Made by a program: the position numbers and the translations under genes | The notes under the pieces: model-generated | Seen by the model: only the letters and a program-made list of their open reading frames with translations | Databases searched by the model: none | What the model was told of the DNA's origin: nothing | Shown: in pieces, positions 19,012 through 27,700 of the stretch | Layout: the number at the start of each line of letters is the position of its first letter | Numbering within the stretch: position 1 is the first letter of the stretch | Assembly: GCA_034429745.1 (NCBI GenBank) | Contig: DAOUFY010000123.1 | Span: forward strand, 895-64,894 | Length of the DNA: 64,000 bases | Direction of reading: 5' to 3' | Source: Anaerolineales bacterium | Lineage (GTDB): Bacteria; Chloroflexota; Anaerolineae; Anaerolineales; DRKV01

Positions 19012-20331
19012 TTATTTAGAATTATTATTGGGGTAAATTTCTTGTAGAATTTTCTCAAGCAGCTCTTCACTTAAGGGATTCCCGCCGGCATTCAGGATCA
19101 ACGAAGTAAACAATTTAGTCAATGTTGGGCTTGAGTTCGGAAGCTGCGATCCAAGCACTTGGTAAGTTTGGGCTAACATATGGGCAGCCTTTGCCAGTGA
19201 TTCATTATCCGTACGCGAAATATCCGGAAGCAGTGCAGTAAACAGCTTGTTGTAGTTCCGTTCTGTTAATTGCGGCACCTTTCCCAATTGATAAGCGCGT
19301 TGATAGGCTTGATAAGTAATATCCTGCAGGATATAAAGGAAATATTGCTGACGGCGCAGCAGGTGCCGTTCCGTTGGAGCTTGCATCGCTGTTGCGGTAG
19401 CGAGGTTTGCGTCTGCAGCTTCCCCGCGCCAATGAGGAGGAAAGCCGGCACCGGCATCAATCATTCCGCGCACCGCTTTTAAGTCTGCTTGTGCATCATT
19501 TGCATTGAGATTAGGCGTTACTGCTTGCCACTGCTCGGCATCATCCTTGATGATGATCGCCCCTGCTTCAGGAGGATGGGCATATTGCTGCTGTTTTTCG
19601 CGAATCTTATTCGTTGGCACAGTAACCAACCATAAAAAGGAACGCACAGCCCAATGCAAGCGCACTCGATCTTCCAACATGCGCGAGTAGCGCATGAGCC
19701 ACGGCAGCATTGAAGTTAAATCCGATTCCCCCAGCAATGCTCCCAACGGACGATTGATCGCATAATGCAGCATTACCGCTCCTTCTTGAGGTGATTCCGG
19801 GTGTTGCGGTGAGAGCCAGCGAGTTGCCTCTCCTAGCAAGTTCACTTCTTCATAAGCTAATTCTGTCTCATAATCGTTCGCTGCCGACTCAATCCGCCGA
19901 ATGCGGTCTTTTGTTACAAAACGAATGTAGGACATGCCATCCTGAGGATTGCGAAAGAGAAGCACAAACAAATCCCCCGCTCGTGTCAATTCATCACACA
20001 TTGCCTCTAAACGCAAATGTAGTTGATTCTTGGGATGATGCCAGAACTCATTGATAAAACGGCGCATAGAGCGGTAAGGTGATGAGAGTGAAATCCCATC
20101 TCCTGCAACGTAATCCGATGTGATCGCAACAATCCGCCAGGCAAGCGGATTTTTCCGCCATGCGGTTAGCGCATCATTATAAAGTTCCGCGACTTTTGCT
20201 GAATCGTAATCATGCGGGCTGACGGTCGTCGAAATCCAAACTTGCGGATATGCATCATCCACTTGAGGAGGTTTGACTGCCGTCGCGCGTTGAGGATAAA
20301 TTATTTTCTTGATTGTGTTAAGGATAGACAT
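19012..20331 (-). CDS. Phage portal protein
   Basis: 439 aa and first gene of the module. It contains NPLAWRIVAITSDYVAGDGISL, which resembles conserved portal N-terminal regions. The position upstream of the capsid gene supports the call. Confidence 0.55.
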   Translation of the reverse strand: MSILNTIKKIIYPQRATAVKPPQVDDAYPQVWISTTVSPHDYDSAKVAELYNDALTAWRKNPLAWRIVAITSDYVAGDGISLSSPYRSMRRFINEFWHHPKNQLHLRLEAMCDELTRAGDLFVLLFRNPQDGMSYIRFVTKDRIRRIESAANDYETELAYEEVNLLGEATRWLSPQHPESPQEGAVMLHYAINRPLGALLGESDLTSMLPWLMRYSRMLEDRVRLHWAVRSFLWLVTVPTNKIREKQQQYAHPPEAGAIIIKDDAEQWQAVTPNLNANDAQADLKAVRGMIDAGAGFPPHWRGEAADANLATATAMQAPTERHLLRRQQYFLYILQDITYQAYQRAYQLGKVPQLTERNYNKLFTALLPDISRTDNESLAKAAHMLAQTYQVLGSQLPNSSPTLTKLFTSLILNAGGNPLSEELLEKILQEIYPNNNSK

Positions 20332-20369
20332 AAAAGTTTTGCAAATTTTCCTGATCTTGGATTAATCTA

Positions 20370-20399
20370 ATTATAGTACATTTGTTCTATAAATGTCAA
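20370..20399 (-). promoter_or_regulatory. Consensus sigma70 promoter (TTGACA-18 nt-TATAAT) driving the portal-to-fibre operon
   Basis: Reverse complement of 20370-20399 is TTGACAtttatagaacaaatgtacTATAAT. The -10 box ends about 38 nt upstream of the portal ATG. Confidence 0.6.
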
Positions 20400-20400
20400 A

Positions 20401-20429
20401 TTTACACCCTTAAGGATTGATGGTATAAT
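20401..20429 (+). promoter_or_regulatory. Promoter TTTACA-17 nt-TATAAT with an extended -10 TG, driving the Zn-ribbon/CA-tail/rSAM operon
   Basis: TTTACAcccttaaggattgaTGgTATAAT was read directly. It sits back-to-back with the phage-module promoter. Confidence 0.6.
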
Positions 20430-20491
20430 GAAAACATCAGAGGTGTTTGGCAGAACATTCGGTTGCTTTGTTATCAATAGAGGAGGGTGTT

Positions 20492-20857
20492 ATGTCTGCT
20501 ATTCGAATCATTGCTTATATCGCCGCGGCAATCTTGATATTTTTCGGCGTTCTTTTCATTTGGGCAACCTTTAGCCCTCAAGGTAACTTGGGCTGGCTGC
20601 TGATTGGTGTAATTTCCGTGCTAATAGGCTTCGGGTTGATTTGGTTCGCTCAGCGCCGCAAGGCAGCCGAGGAGCAAGAAAAGAATATTACCTATAAAGT
20701 TGATCTTTCTGGTGATATTAAGCTAGAAAGCCTCAAATGCAAAGCTTGCGGTGGTCCACTAACACCTGACAACGTTAAAATGGTGGCCGGTGCTCCCGTA
20801 GTAACCTGCCCCTACTGCGGTGTATCTTATCAACTTACCGAAGAGCCTAAATGGTAA
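20492..20857 (+). CDS. Small membrane protein with a C-terminal zinc ribbon
   Basis: Two TM helices, then CKACGG...CPYCG (CxxC...CxxC). Start at ATG 20492 behind AGAGGAGGG. The ORF-track start at 20447 is a TTG. Confidence 0.6.
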   Translation: MSAIRIIAYIAAAILIFFGVLFIWATFSPQGNLGWLLIGVISVLIGFGLIWFAQRRKAAEEQEKNITYKVDLSGDIKLESLKCKACGGPLTPDNVKMVAGAPVVTCPYCGVSYQLTEEPKW

Positions 20858-20868
20858 GGAGGCTCTTC

Positions 20869-22551
20869 ATGAATAAAAGATTATTCACAATTATTTTTAT
20901 CACCTTACTGCTGCTGTCTTTCCCTGCTGCAGCTCTGGCACAACATTATTCTTTTTCCATAGACGAGATGATCGTCCATACCTACTGGCACGAGGACGGC
21001 ACGTTATCCTTAGACTACACCATTACTTTCACTAATCATCCTAATGGTGATCCAATTGACGTTGTTGACATTGGATTGCCTAACAAAAACTATGATCTCA
21101 GTACTGCCCGTGCCGAAATTAATGGTGTGCCTTTATCGCGTATTGAAGATTCTCCCTACGTAACCGGCATAGCTGTTGAGCTTGGTAACCAAGCAATTCA
21201 ACCTGGAAAAAGTGGCACACTTCATTTCTCCATCTCTGGAATTCGCGATGTATTATACGTAGATGATCAAGACCCCCAATATGCCTCAGCGGTCTTTAAA
21301 ACAACTTGGTTTGACAGTAGTTTTGTCTCCGGAACAGCAAAAATAACTGTTACATATCACCTCCCCCCCTCAATTCAGCCTGAAGAACCGCGCTGGCATA
21401 GTGCCCCATCAGGTTTTTCGGCTGAACCCACAGCCAACATTGACAATCTAGGCAGAATTACCTATACTTGGGAAAACCCAGCTGCTAACCCTTCAGAAGG
21501 TTATCTCTTTGGGGCATCATTCCCTGCTCGCAATATACCGCCTACCGCCATTCAAAAAACTGCAATCCCAAATGAGACGTTCGACCAACTAGTTAACTGC
21601 CTGTGCAATCCCTTTGGATTTTGTATCATCGTAATCTTCTTCGTCGCACTATCCATTGTTCCTCAAGTCATCATCGCCCGTCGCCGCTCAATGAAATACC
21701 TGCCCCCTTCAATCTCCATTGAAGGGCATGGCATCAAACGCGGCTTAACTGCAGTTGAAGCCGCAGTACTGATGGAACAGCCAATGGAAAAAATCCTTAC
21801 CATGATTTTATTCTCTGTCCTTAAAAAGAACGCTGCTGAAATCACCTCGCGTGAACCGCTTGAGATTAAGGTAGCCGATCCCCTTCCCGAAGACCTCTAC
21901 CCCTATGAAAAAGAATTTCTAAAAATTTATAGTGAAATAAAAGATAAAAGGCAACAGCAAATAGCCCTGCGGGATTTAATGGTCAATCTTGTTAAAAGTT
22001 TAGCCGAAAAAATGAAAGGCTTCAGCCGCAAAGAGACGGTGGATTATTACAAATCCATTTTAGAAAAAGCGTGGCAGCAAGTTCAAAGTGCTCAAACCCC
22101 TGAAGTGAAAAGCGAATTGTATAACCAGAATTTAGATTGGACAATATTAGATCCTAACTTTGAACGACGAACGAGTGAGGTATTTCGCACGGAGCCCATT
22201 TTTGTTCCGAACTGGTGGTGGCGTTATGATCCCACCTTTGCTCGTGCTAGCACAATGCACCGAGCCAGCCCAACCAGTACTGCTGCCCCCTCCGTCCCGC
22301 AAGGCAGCATCTCGCTGCCTACCTTGCCCGGCTCCACTTTCGCTGCCAATGTAGTTGGCGGAATGCAAAACATTGCCGGCAATTTAGTTGGGAACATCAC
22401 CAGCTTTACCAGTTCCATCACCAATGCCACCAACCCTCAGCCTAAAACCAGTTCTTCATCTTGGAAGAAAAGCAGTGGTGGCGGTTGTGCTTGCGCTTGT
22501 GCCTGTGCGTGCGCCGGATGTGCTTGTGCCTGTGCCGGCGGTGGTCGCTGA
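20869..22551 (+). CDS. Secreted/membrane protein with DUF2207-like architecture and a C-terminal (Cys-Ala)n tail
   Basis: Signal peptide MNKRLFTIIFITLLLLSFPAAALA, an N-terminal beta-rich ectodomain (YSFSIDEMIVHTYWHEDGTLSLDYTITF), a TM helix, and a tail reading SSGGGCACACACACAGCACACAGGGR. Start at 20869 behind TAAGGAGG. Confidence 0.65.
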   Translation: MNKRLFTIIFITLLLLSFPAAALAQHYSFSIDEMIVHTYWHEDGTLSLDYTITFTNHPNGDPIDVVDIGLPNKNYDLSTARAEINGVPLSRIEDSPYVTGIAVELGNQAIQPGKSGTLHFSISGIRDVLYVDDQDPQYASAVFKTTWFDSSFVSGTAKITVTYHLPPSIQPEEPRWHSAPSGFSAEPTANIDNLGRITYTWENPAANPSEGYLFGASFPARNIPPTAIQKTAIPNETFDQLVNCLCNPFGFCIIVIFFVALSIVPQVIIARRRSMKYLPPSISIEGHGIKRGLTAVEAAVLMEQPMEKILTMILFSVLKKNAAEITSREPLEIKVADPLPEDLYPYEKEFLKIYSEIKDKRQQQIALRDLMVNLVKSLAEKMKGFSRKETVDYYKSILEKAWQQVQSAQTPEVKSELYNQNLDWTILDPNFERRTSEVFRTEPIFVPNWWWRYDPTFARASTMHRASPTSTAAPSVPQGSISLPTLPGSTFAANVVGGMQNIAGNLVGNITSFTSSITNATNPQPKTSSSSWKKSSGGGCACACACACAGCACACAGGGR

Positions 22552-22584
22552 TCAAGAGCAGAGCGATCTGCATAATGCCATTCT

Positions 22585-23931
22585 ATGATAAACCAATGGT
22601 TCTCCAAGATCCTTAAACCTCCACCGCCAGCATCTCCACCCAAAAGCACCTTACCAAAACCAGGGCTTTATGCCTATGCGCGTAACGATTCCTGCGAAAA
22701 AATGACTCTTCACTTACGAGTTGAGGAAGATGGCAGAGGTACATTGGTGCTCAATGCCAATCGCATCTTTCACCTCAACCCAACCGCTGCCAGCATGACA
22801 TTTTTTATTCTCGAAGATACTCCACCAAACGAAGCTTTAAATAAAATTCTTAAAACATACCACGGCAATCGCAAACAAATAGAACAGGATTTTATAAACT
22901 TTCGCGAAACAATCCAAGCTCTCATTGAACACCAAGCAGCTTGCCCCATCTGCGATCTTAACATTAATGTCAACCCTCCATTCAGCACAGAACCTTCGGC
23001 TCCCTATCGCATGGATTTAGCACTCACATATAGCTGCAATAATCACTGCGTTCACTGCTACAACGAGACTGACCGTCATTTACAAAGCTTATCGCTCGAT
23101 CAATGGAAAAAAGTGATTGACCGCCTCTGGGAATTGCGTATTCCTCACCTCGTTTTTACCGGCGGTGAACCAACACTATCACCATATCTTCCTCAGTTGA
23201 TCGCTTATGCTCATGCTAAAGGATTCATTTGTGGCTTAAACACAAATGGACGGCGGCTAAGTCAACCAACTTATCTAGATTCTCTCATTGCTGCTGGGTT
23301 AGATCATGTCCAAATCACCCTAGAATCACACGATCCATCAATACATGACAATATTGTTCAAAGCTGCGGCGCTTGGCAAGAAACTACTGCCGGCCTTCGC
23401 CTTGCCCTGCAATCCCCCCTTTATGTGATGACCAACACAACTCTCCTTCGTCATAATACCCCCTACCTGCAAGAGACATTGCAATTTTTAGCCGAGCTTG
23501 GAGTGCCAACCATCGGGTTAAATGCACTTATTTTCGCCGGGCGAGGCAAAGAAATTCAAAACCCCTTGGCTGAAACCGAACTCGAAACTTTACTGACCAT
23601 TGCTAAGGAAATCACCCAAGATCATCAGCAGCGTTTGATCTGGTACACCCCCACACAGTACTGCCATTTTGACCCTGTAGAACAGGATTTAGGTATCAAA
23701 GGTTGTACAGCTGCACTTTACAATATGTGCATTGAACCGAATGGCAACGTTTTGCCATGTCAGTCATACTTTCAACCGGTCGGAAATATTCTAGTAAATC
23801 AATGGGAAGAAATATGGCAGCATGATCTCTGCCAATGGCTGCGTCAACGCCGCTTTGCTCCTCAGAAATGCCGCGGTTGCCCCTTGCTCAAAGAATGCGG
23901 TGCCGGTTGCCCCCTTGCTTTAGATCGCTAA
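22585..23931 (+). CDS. Radical SAM / SPASM-domain maturase with an N-terminal PqqD-like (RRE-like) extension
   Basis: Radical-SAM motif CNNHCVHC (Cx3Cx2C). The C-terminal CRGCPLLKECGAGC matches the SPASM pattern Cx2Cx5Cx3C exactly, preceded by CIEPNGNVLPC. About 130 aa precede the core. Confidence 0.85.
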   Translation: MINQWFSKILKPPPPASPPKSTLPKPGLYAYARNDSCEKMTLHLRVEEDGRGTLVLNANRIFHLNPTAASMTFFILEDTPPNEALNKILKTYHGNRKQIEQDFINFRETIQALIEHQAACPICDLNINVNPPFSTEPSAPYRMDLALTYSCNNHCVHCYNETDRHLQSLSLDQWKKVIDRLWELRIPHLVFTGGEPTLSPYLPQLIAYAHAKGFICGLNTNGRRLSQPTYLDSLIAAGLDHVQITLESHDPSIHDNIVQSCGAWQETTAGLRLALQSPLYVMTNTTLLRHNTPYLQETLQFLAELGVPTIGLNALIFAGRGKEIQNPLAETELETLLTIAKEITQDHQQRLIWYTPTQYCHFDPVEQDLGIKGCTAALYNMCIEPNGNVLPCQSYFQPVGNILVNQWEEIWQHDLCQWLRQRRFAPQKCRGCPLLKECGAGCPLALDR

Positions 23932-23963
23932 GTAAACCCTGCCCTAATCAGTTCTACAGATAA

Positions 23964-24791
23964 TTATCTCCGCAACCTCACCGCATAAATTGCCATGCCT
24001 ACTCCTAGCAAAAGAAAGAATGCACCCAATACACCAAGAATGGGGATCGTCCCTCCCTCATCACCGACAGGGGTATTCGTTTGTGGTTCAACAAACGGCG
24101 GGGCTGTGGCTGCAGCTTGTGTTTGAGCTCCAAAATCAATATAGGTTTCGTCCCCCGCTTTCAGTTCTATTCGATAGTAGGTTTGCGTTGTCGGGTTATA
24201 ACCAGCAGGTATCGCTACCGAAATATTATATTCTCCTGGTTCCAGTTCATCATAACAAATGGGATCCACTCCCCCTTTTGTCTCTCCCGAGATGGATATC
24301 TTGCCATCAACGCTTGCAATGCTTAGCGCCCCCCCTGCAATGGCAACTTCCTCCTCTTGGCGGATTGCGTCACCATTTACATCATCAAATAGAAGCAGAC
24401 ACAATTTAGCCGTCCCTTTCTCCGGCACCGGTGTGGGAGTGGCTGTCGGCGGAACAGCTGTGGGCAACGGTGTTGGCGATTCTGCTCCAGGACCTCCCAT
24501 CCCTAGAAATATTCGCTGCCCTTCATGAATAGCTTCATTTTGCCGTAAAGCATTCATCTCGCGCAATCGTTCAACCGGAATTCCGCTAATCGCAGCAATA
24601 CTCCATAGCGTATCTTCCTTTTGTACAATATAAATTATCCTTCCATCGGCTCCCGGTGTCGGAGTTTTAAAAGGAGTAGGTTGAAAAAGCGGTGCTGCAT
24701 CAGCCGTTGGTAACGAACCAAACAACACCGCGGCTATTATTAATAGGCATAAAAGCCACGTCCAAATAACATGATTATGCGAGATGTTCAT
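23964..24791 (-). CDS. LysM-domain membrane-anchored protein
   Basis: N-terminal TM/signal, LysM motif YIVQKEDTLWSIAAISGIPVERLREMN, a Pro/Thr-rich linker and a C-terminal TM helix. Confidence 0.7.
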   Translation of the reverse strand: MNISHNHVIWTWLLCLLIIAAVLFGSLPTADAAPLFQPTPFKTPTPGADGRIIYIVQKEDTLWSIAAISGIPVERLREMNALRQNEAIHEGQRIFLGMGGPGAESPTPLPTAVPPTATPTPVPEKGTAKLCLLLFDDVNGDAIRQEEEVAIAGGALSIASVDGKISISGETKGGVDPICYDELEPGEYNISVAIPAGYNPTTQTYYRIELKAGDETYIDFGAQTQAAATAPPFVEPQTNTPVGDEGGTIPILGVLGAFFLLLGVGMAIYAVRLRR

Positions 24792-24811
24792 AACTGATTT
24801 CAGGGCAAGAC

Positions 24812-25219
24812 TTAGTGTTGATGATTTACCAGCATATCGAATGTGGTATTTTTCAATCGTTGCACTATCTCTCCCTGAGTTTTACACCAAATTTCATGCA
24901 ATGGACAATTGCTTCCAAAATAGCATGTCTTTGGATCGGCAACACACTCATTTAGCCAAATCGGTCCATCAATGGCTTCTACTACTGAAAGTACAGTAAT
25001 CTCGCTTGGTGGTATGGCTAATGATACCCCACCTCGTGCACCGCGCGAGGTTTCCAACATGCCCGCGACTGCCAATTGAGAGATAATTTTAGCTAAAAAT
25101 GAGATAGGAATCTTCTGCTCAACGGCAATCTTATTGGTGGAGGCACGCTGATTCGTACCTAAGCGTGCAAGATACAGCACCGTTCGGAGTGCATAATCTG
25201 CTTGTCTTGTAATCTGCAT
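24812..25219 (-). CDS. Rrf2-family transcriptional regulator (probable Fe-S type)
   Basis: N-terminal wHTH MQITRQADYALRTVLYLA. Three Cys spaced C-x6-C-x5-C (CVADPKTCYFGSNC). Confidence 0.85.
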   Translation of the reverse strand: MQITRQADYALRTVLYLARLGTNQRASTNKIAVEQKIPISFLAKIISQLAVAGMLETSRGARGGVSLAIPPSEITVLSVVEAIDGPIWLNECVADPKTCYFGSNCPLHEIWCKTQGEIVQRLKNTTFDMLVNHQH

Positions 25220-25274
25220 ATTTTTTCCCTACCTTAACTAAATATATTGGATATATTAAACCGTTCAAGGTATT

Positions 25275-25287
25275 AATCATACCACAA
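25275..25287 (-). promoter_or_regulatory. Extended -10 promoter (TTGTGGTATGATT on the minus strand) for the rrf2-lysM genes
   Basis: Exact reverse complement of the 13-mer at 25394-25406. It lies about 50 nt upstream of the rrf2 ATG. Confidence 0.5.
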
Positions 25288-25393
25288 ATTTCTCTTTTTT
25301 GTGGTTATTTTACCAAATTCAACGAATTGAAATTTTCATATTTCTGGACAATCACTCATATAATTAATCCAACTTTTTCTCATTTGGCTCTCC

Positions 25394-25406
25394 TTGTGGT
25401 ATGATT
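25394..25406 (+). promoter_or_regulatory. Extended -10 promoter (TTGTGGTATGATT) for ugd
   Basis: TGgTATGAT lies 32 nt upstream of ATG 25438, with a GAGGAGG SD downstream. Confidence 0.55.
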
Positions 25407-25437
25407 ACAAGGAGAAAATTCCAACTGAGGAGGTTAT

Positions 25438-26754
25438 ATGGAACAAATTTGTGTCGTCGGTGTTGGCTACGTTGGCTTAGTTACTGCTGCCTGTTTCGCC
25501 GATCTCGGCAATCGCGTTGTCGCCTTAGATGTTGACGAGAAAAAGATCCAAGGTTTGAACAATGGCATTATGCCAATTTATGAGCCGGGATTAGAAGAAC
25601 TAGTAGAACGCAATCTGCGTGCTGGTCGCCTGAGCTTTACAACGTCCTACCAAGAAGGCCTGAAGGAAGCTGAATTTGCTTTCATCGCAGTTGGCACTCC
25701 TCCAGGAGTTGAAGGTGAAGCAGACCTTACTTTCGTGGCTGCAGCAGCTCAATCTATCGCCAAAAATATGCACGCTCCGCTCATCATCATCAATAAATCA
25801 ACTGTCCCCGTTGGTACAGGAGACTGGGTAGCCGAAATTGTTAAAACCCATCAACCTAAGCCAATAGATTTTGCCGTTGTCTCGTGTCCAGAATTTTTAC
25901 GCGAAGGATCTGCCATCTTAGACTTTATGAATCCGCATCGCATTGTTCTGGGCAGTCTCAACAAAGAAGCCGCAGAAAAAGTTGCCCGTCTGCACCTCCC
26001 TTTGCGTGCCCCCATTATCGTAACAGATCTGCGTACTGCTGAAATGATCAAATATGCCTCCAACGCTTTCCTTGCCACTAAAATTTCTTTCATTAATGAA
26101 ATCGCAAACATCTGCGAAGCCTTGGGCGCGGATGTAAAAGAGGTCGCAGTTGGAATGGGATACGATACCCGCATTGGCAAACAATTCCTTGATGCTGGTT
26201 TAGGTTATGGCGGCTCTTGCTTTCCAAAAGATGTTTTGGCTCTAGCTCATATGGCAGAAGAAAAAGGACATCACCCTCAGCTTCTGCATGCTGTAATGAA
26301 AATCAACCAAGACCGCCGAAAGATGGCTGTAGATCGCGTACGTGAGATGCTCGGTTCTCTACAGGATAAAGTCATCGGTTTGCTCGGTCTGGCTTTTAAA
26401 CCCAATACAGACGACATGCGCGATGCTCCTGCACTTGATATTGCTAAAGCCCTCATCAAAGAAGGTGCACGCGTAAAAGCTTATGATCCAGTCGCTATGG
26501 AAGTCGCTGCTTCTCTACTCCCCGAGGTGCAGCTTTGCCCTGATTCTTATGCAGTGGCTGAATCCGCAGACCTCCTCATGATTATTACCGATTGGAATGA
26601 ATTCAAATTCCTCGACCTCGAACGCATTAAAACGTTCATGCGTTCCCCCAATATCTTCGATGGCAGAAACATCTACGATCCCGAAAAAGTACGCAGTCTC
26701 GGGTTTAACTACTATGCCATCGGCAGAGGATATAATGGAACAAATTCCCTCTAA
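25438..26754 (+). CDS. ugd: UDP-glucose 6-dehydrogenase
   Basis: Rossmann motif VGVGYVGL and catalytic GGSCFPKD. Confidence 0.9.
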   Translation: MEQICVVGVGYVGLVTAACFADLGNRVVALDVDEKKIQGLNNGIMPIYEPGLEELVERNLRAGRLSFTTSYQEGLKEAEFAFIAVGTPPGVEGEADLTFVAAAAQSIAKNMHAPLIIINKSTVPVGTGDWVAEIVKTHQPKPIDFAVVSCPEFLREGSAILDFMNPHRIVLGSLNKEAAEKVARLHLPLRAPIIVTDLRTAEMIKYASNAFLATKISFINEIANICEALGADVKEVAVGMGYDTRIGKQFLDAGLGYGGSCFPKDVLALAHMAEEKGHHPQLLHAVMKINQDRRKMAVDRVREMLGSLQDKVIGLLGLAFKPNTDDMRDAPALDIAKALIKEGARVKAYDPVAMEVAASLLPEVQLCPDSYAVAESADLLMIITDWNEFKFLDLERIKTFMRSPNIFDGRNIYDPEKVRSLGFNYYAIGRGYNGTNSL

Positions 26755-27682
26755 TCCCCCTTCTCTCCCTCCCCTTTGCAATTACGAAAACTCAGATTAT
26801 CAAACCACTTTTTGGGAGCAAGGGGGAAGGGAATATGAAGACCAAGCTGAAGCTGTTTCCTTAAAGCATCTATTGCCCCCCAAAGGGCAGTGGCTGCTAG
26901 AAATTGGAGCTGGTGCAGGCCGCAATACCCCGCGCTATCATGCTTTTCAGCATATTGTACTGCTGGATTATTCCCTCACTCAACTCCAACAAGCCCGAGA
27001 GCGGCTCTCCGTTGCCAATTCCTCATCTCTGTCTTCTGATGGTTTTGCGAGGTTTATCTACGTTGCTGCAAACGCTTACCGTCTTCCCTTTGCTCCGCAC
27101 AGTTTTGACTGCGTAACAACAATCCGCGTTATTCATCATCTAGCCAATGTTCCGCTAGCCATCCAAGAAATCCACCGAGTGATGCTGCCCAACGGCGTGC
27201 TTGTGATGGAATTTGCCAATAAGCACAACCTCAAAGCTATCTTGAGATATTGGTTAGGAAAGCAAACATGGAGTCCCTTCTCACTAGAGCCAATTGAATT
27301 TGTAAAATTGAATTTTGACTTTCACCCTAAATGGATGGAGCAAGTGCTTATCCAAAACGGTTTTACCATCCAAGAGAAGCGCAATGTATCTTCATTGCGC
27401 TTAGGCATATTAAAAAGAATACTCCCTTTGAGCAGTTTAGTCCATCTCGATACGCTGCTTCAACCAAGCGGCAAGTGGTTTCAGCTTGCGCCAAGCATAT
27501 TTTTCCGCGCCTCCGCTGTTCACCACCCTGAAACCCTAAGTCAACCCCCTTCTTCTTTGGTATTTGCCTGTCCGCAATGCCAAGCCTACCCGCTTGCTTC
27601 CACTCCCACAGCCTATATTTGCCCCTCATGCAGACGAGAATGGAGCATCCATAATGGCATTATTGATTTTAGAATCGGTTAA
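26735..27682 (+). CDS. Class I SAM-dependent methyltransferase with a C-terminal Trm112-like zinc ribbon
   Basis: SAM motif [11 protein letters not shown] and C-terminal CPQC...CPSC. Start set at ATG 26735, because the ORF-track start lies inside ugd. Confidence 0.7.
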   Translation: MEQIPSNPPSLPPLCNYENSDYQTTFWEQGGREYEDQAEAVSLKHLLPPKGQWLLEIGAGAGRNTPRYHAFQHIVLLDYSLTQLQQARERLSVANSSSLSSDGFARFIYVAANAYRLPFAPHSFDCVTTIRVIHHLANVPLAIQEIHRVMLPNGVLVMEFANKHNLKAILRYWLGKQTWSPFSLEPIEFVKLNFDFHPKWMEQVLIQNGFTIQEKRNVSSLRLGILKRILPLSSLVHLDTLLQPSGKWFQLAPSIFFRASAVHHPETLSQPPSSLVFACPQCQAYPLASTPTAYICPSCRREWSIHNGIIDFRIG

Positions 27683-27700
27683 TCCTATAAAAAACACGAT

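Larger units (their letters stand above)
11938..20399 (-). mobile_element. Phage-derived head/tail structural module (prophage remnant or domesticated element) with its own promoter
   Basis: Eight co-directional genes run from portal to tail fibre. No terminase, integrase, repressor, tail-tube or tape-measure gene is present, and host genes flank it directly on both sides. Confidence 0.7.

Noticed and set aside
11938-20331. Intact inducible prophage
   Set aside because: No integrase, terminase, repressor, replication, tail-tube or tape-measure genes and no att repeats are visible. Host genes abut both ends, so I call it a remnant or domesticated module instead.
22388-22649. Overlapping ORFs (66 aa on the plus strand, 70 aa on the minus strand) across the CA-repeat as candidate short RiPP precursors
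   Set aside because: They are out-of-frame or antisense readings of the GC-rich TGYGCN tract. They have no SD and are Pro/Ala/Val low-complexity. The in-frame reading as the tail of the upstream protein is far more coherent.
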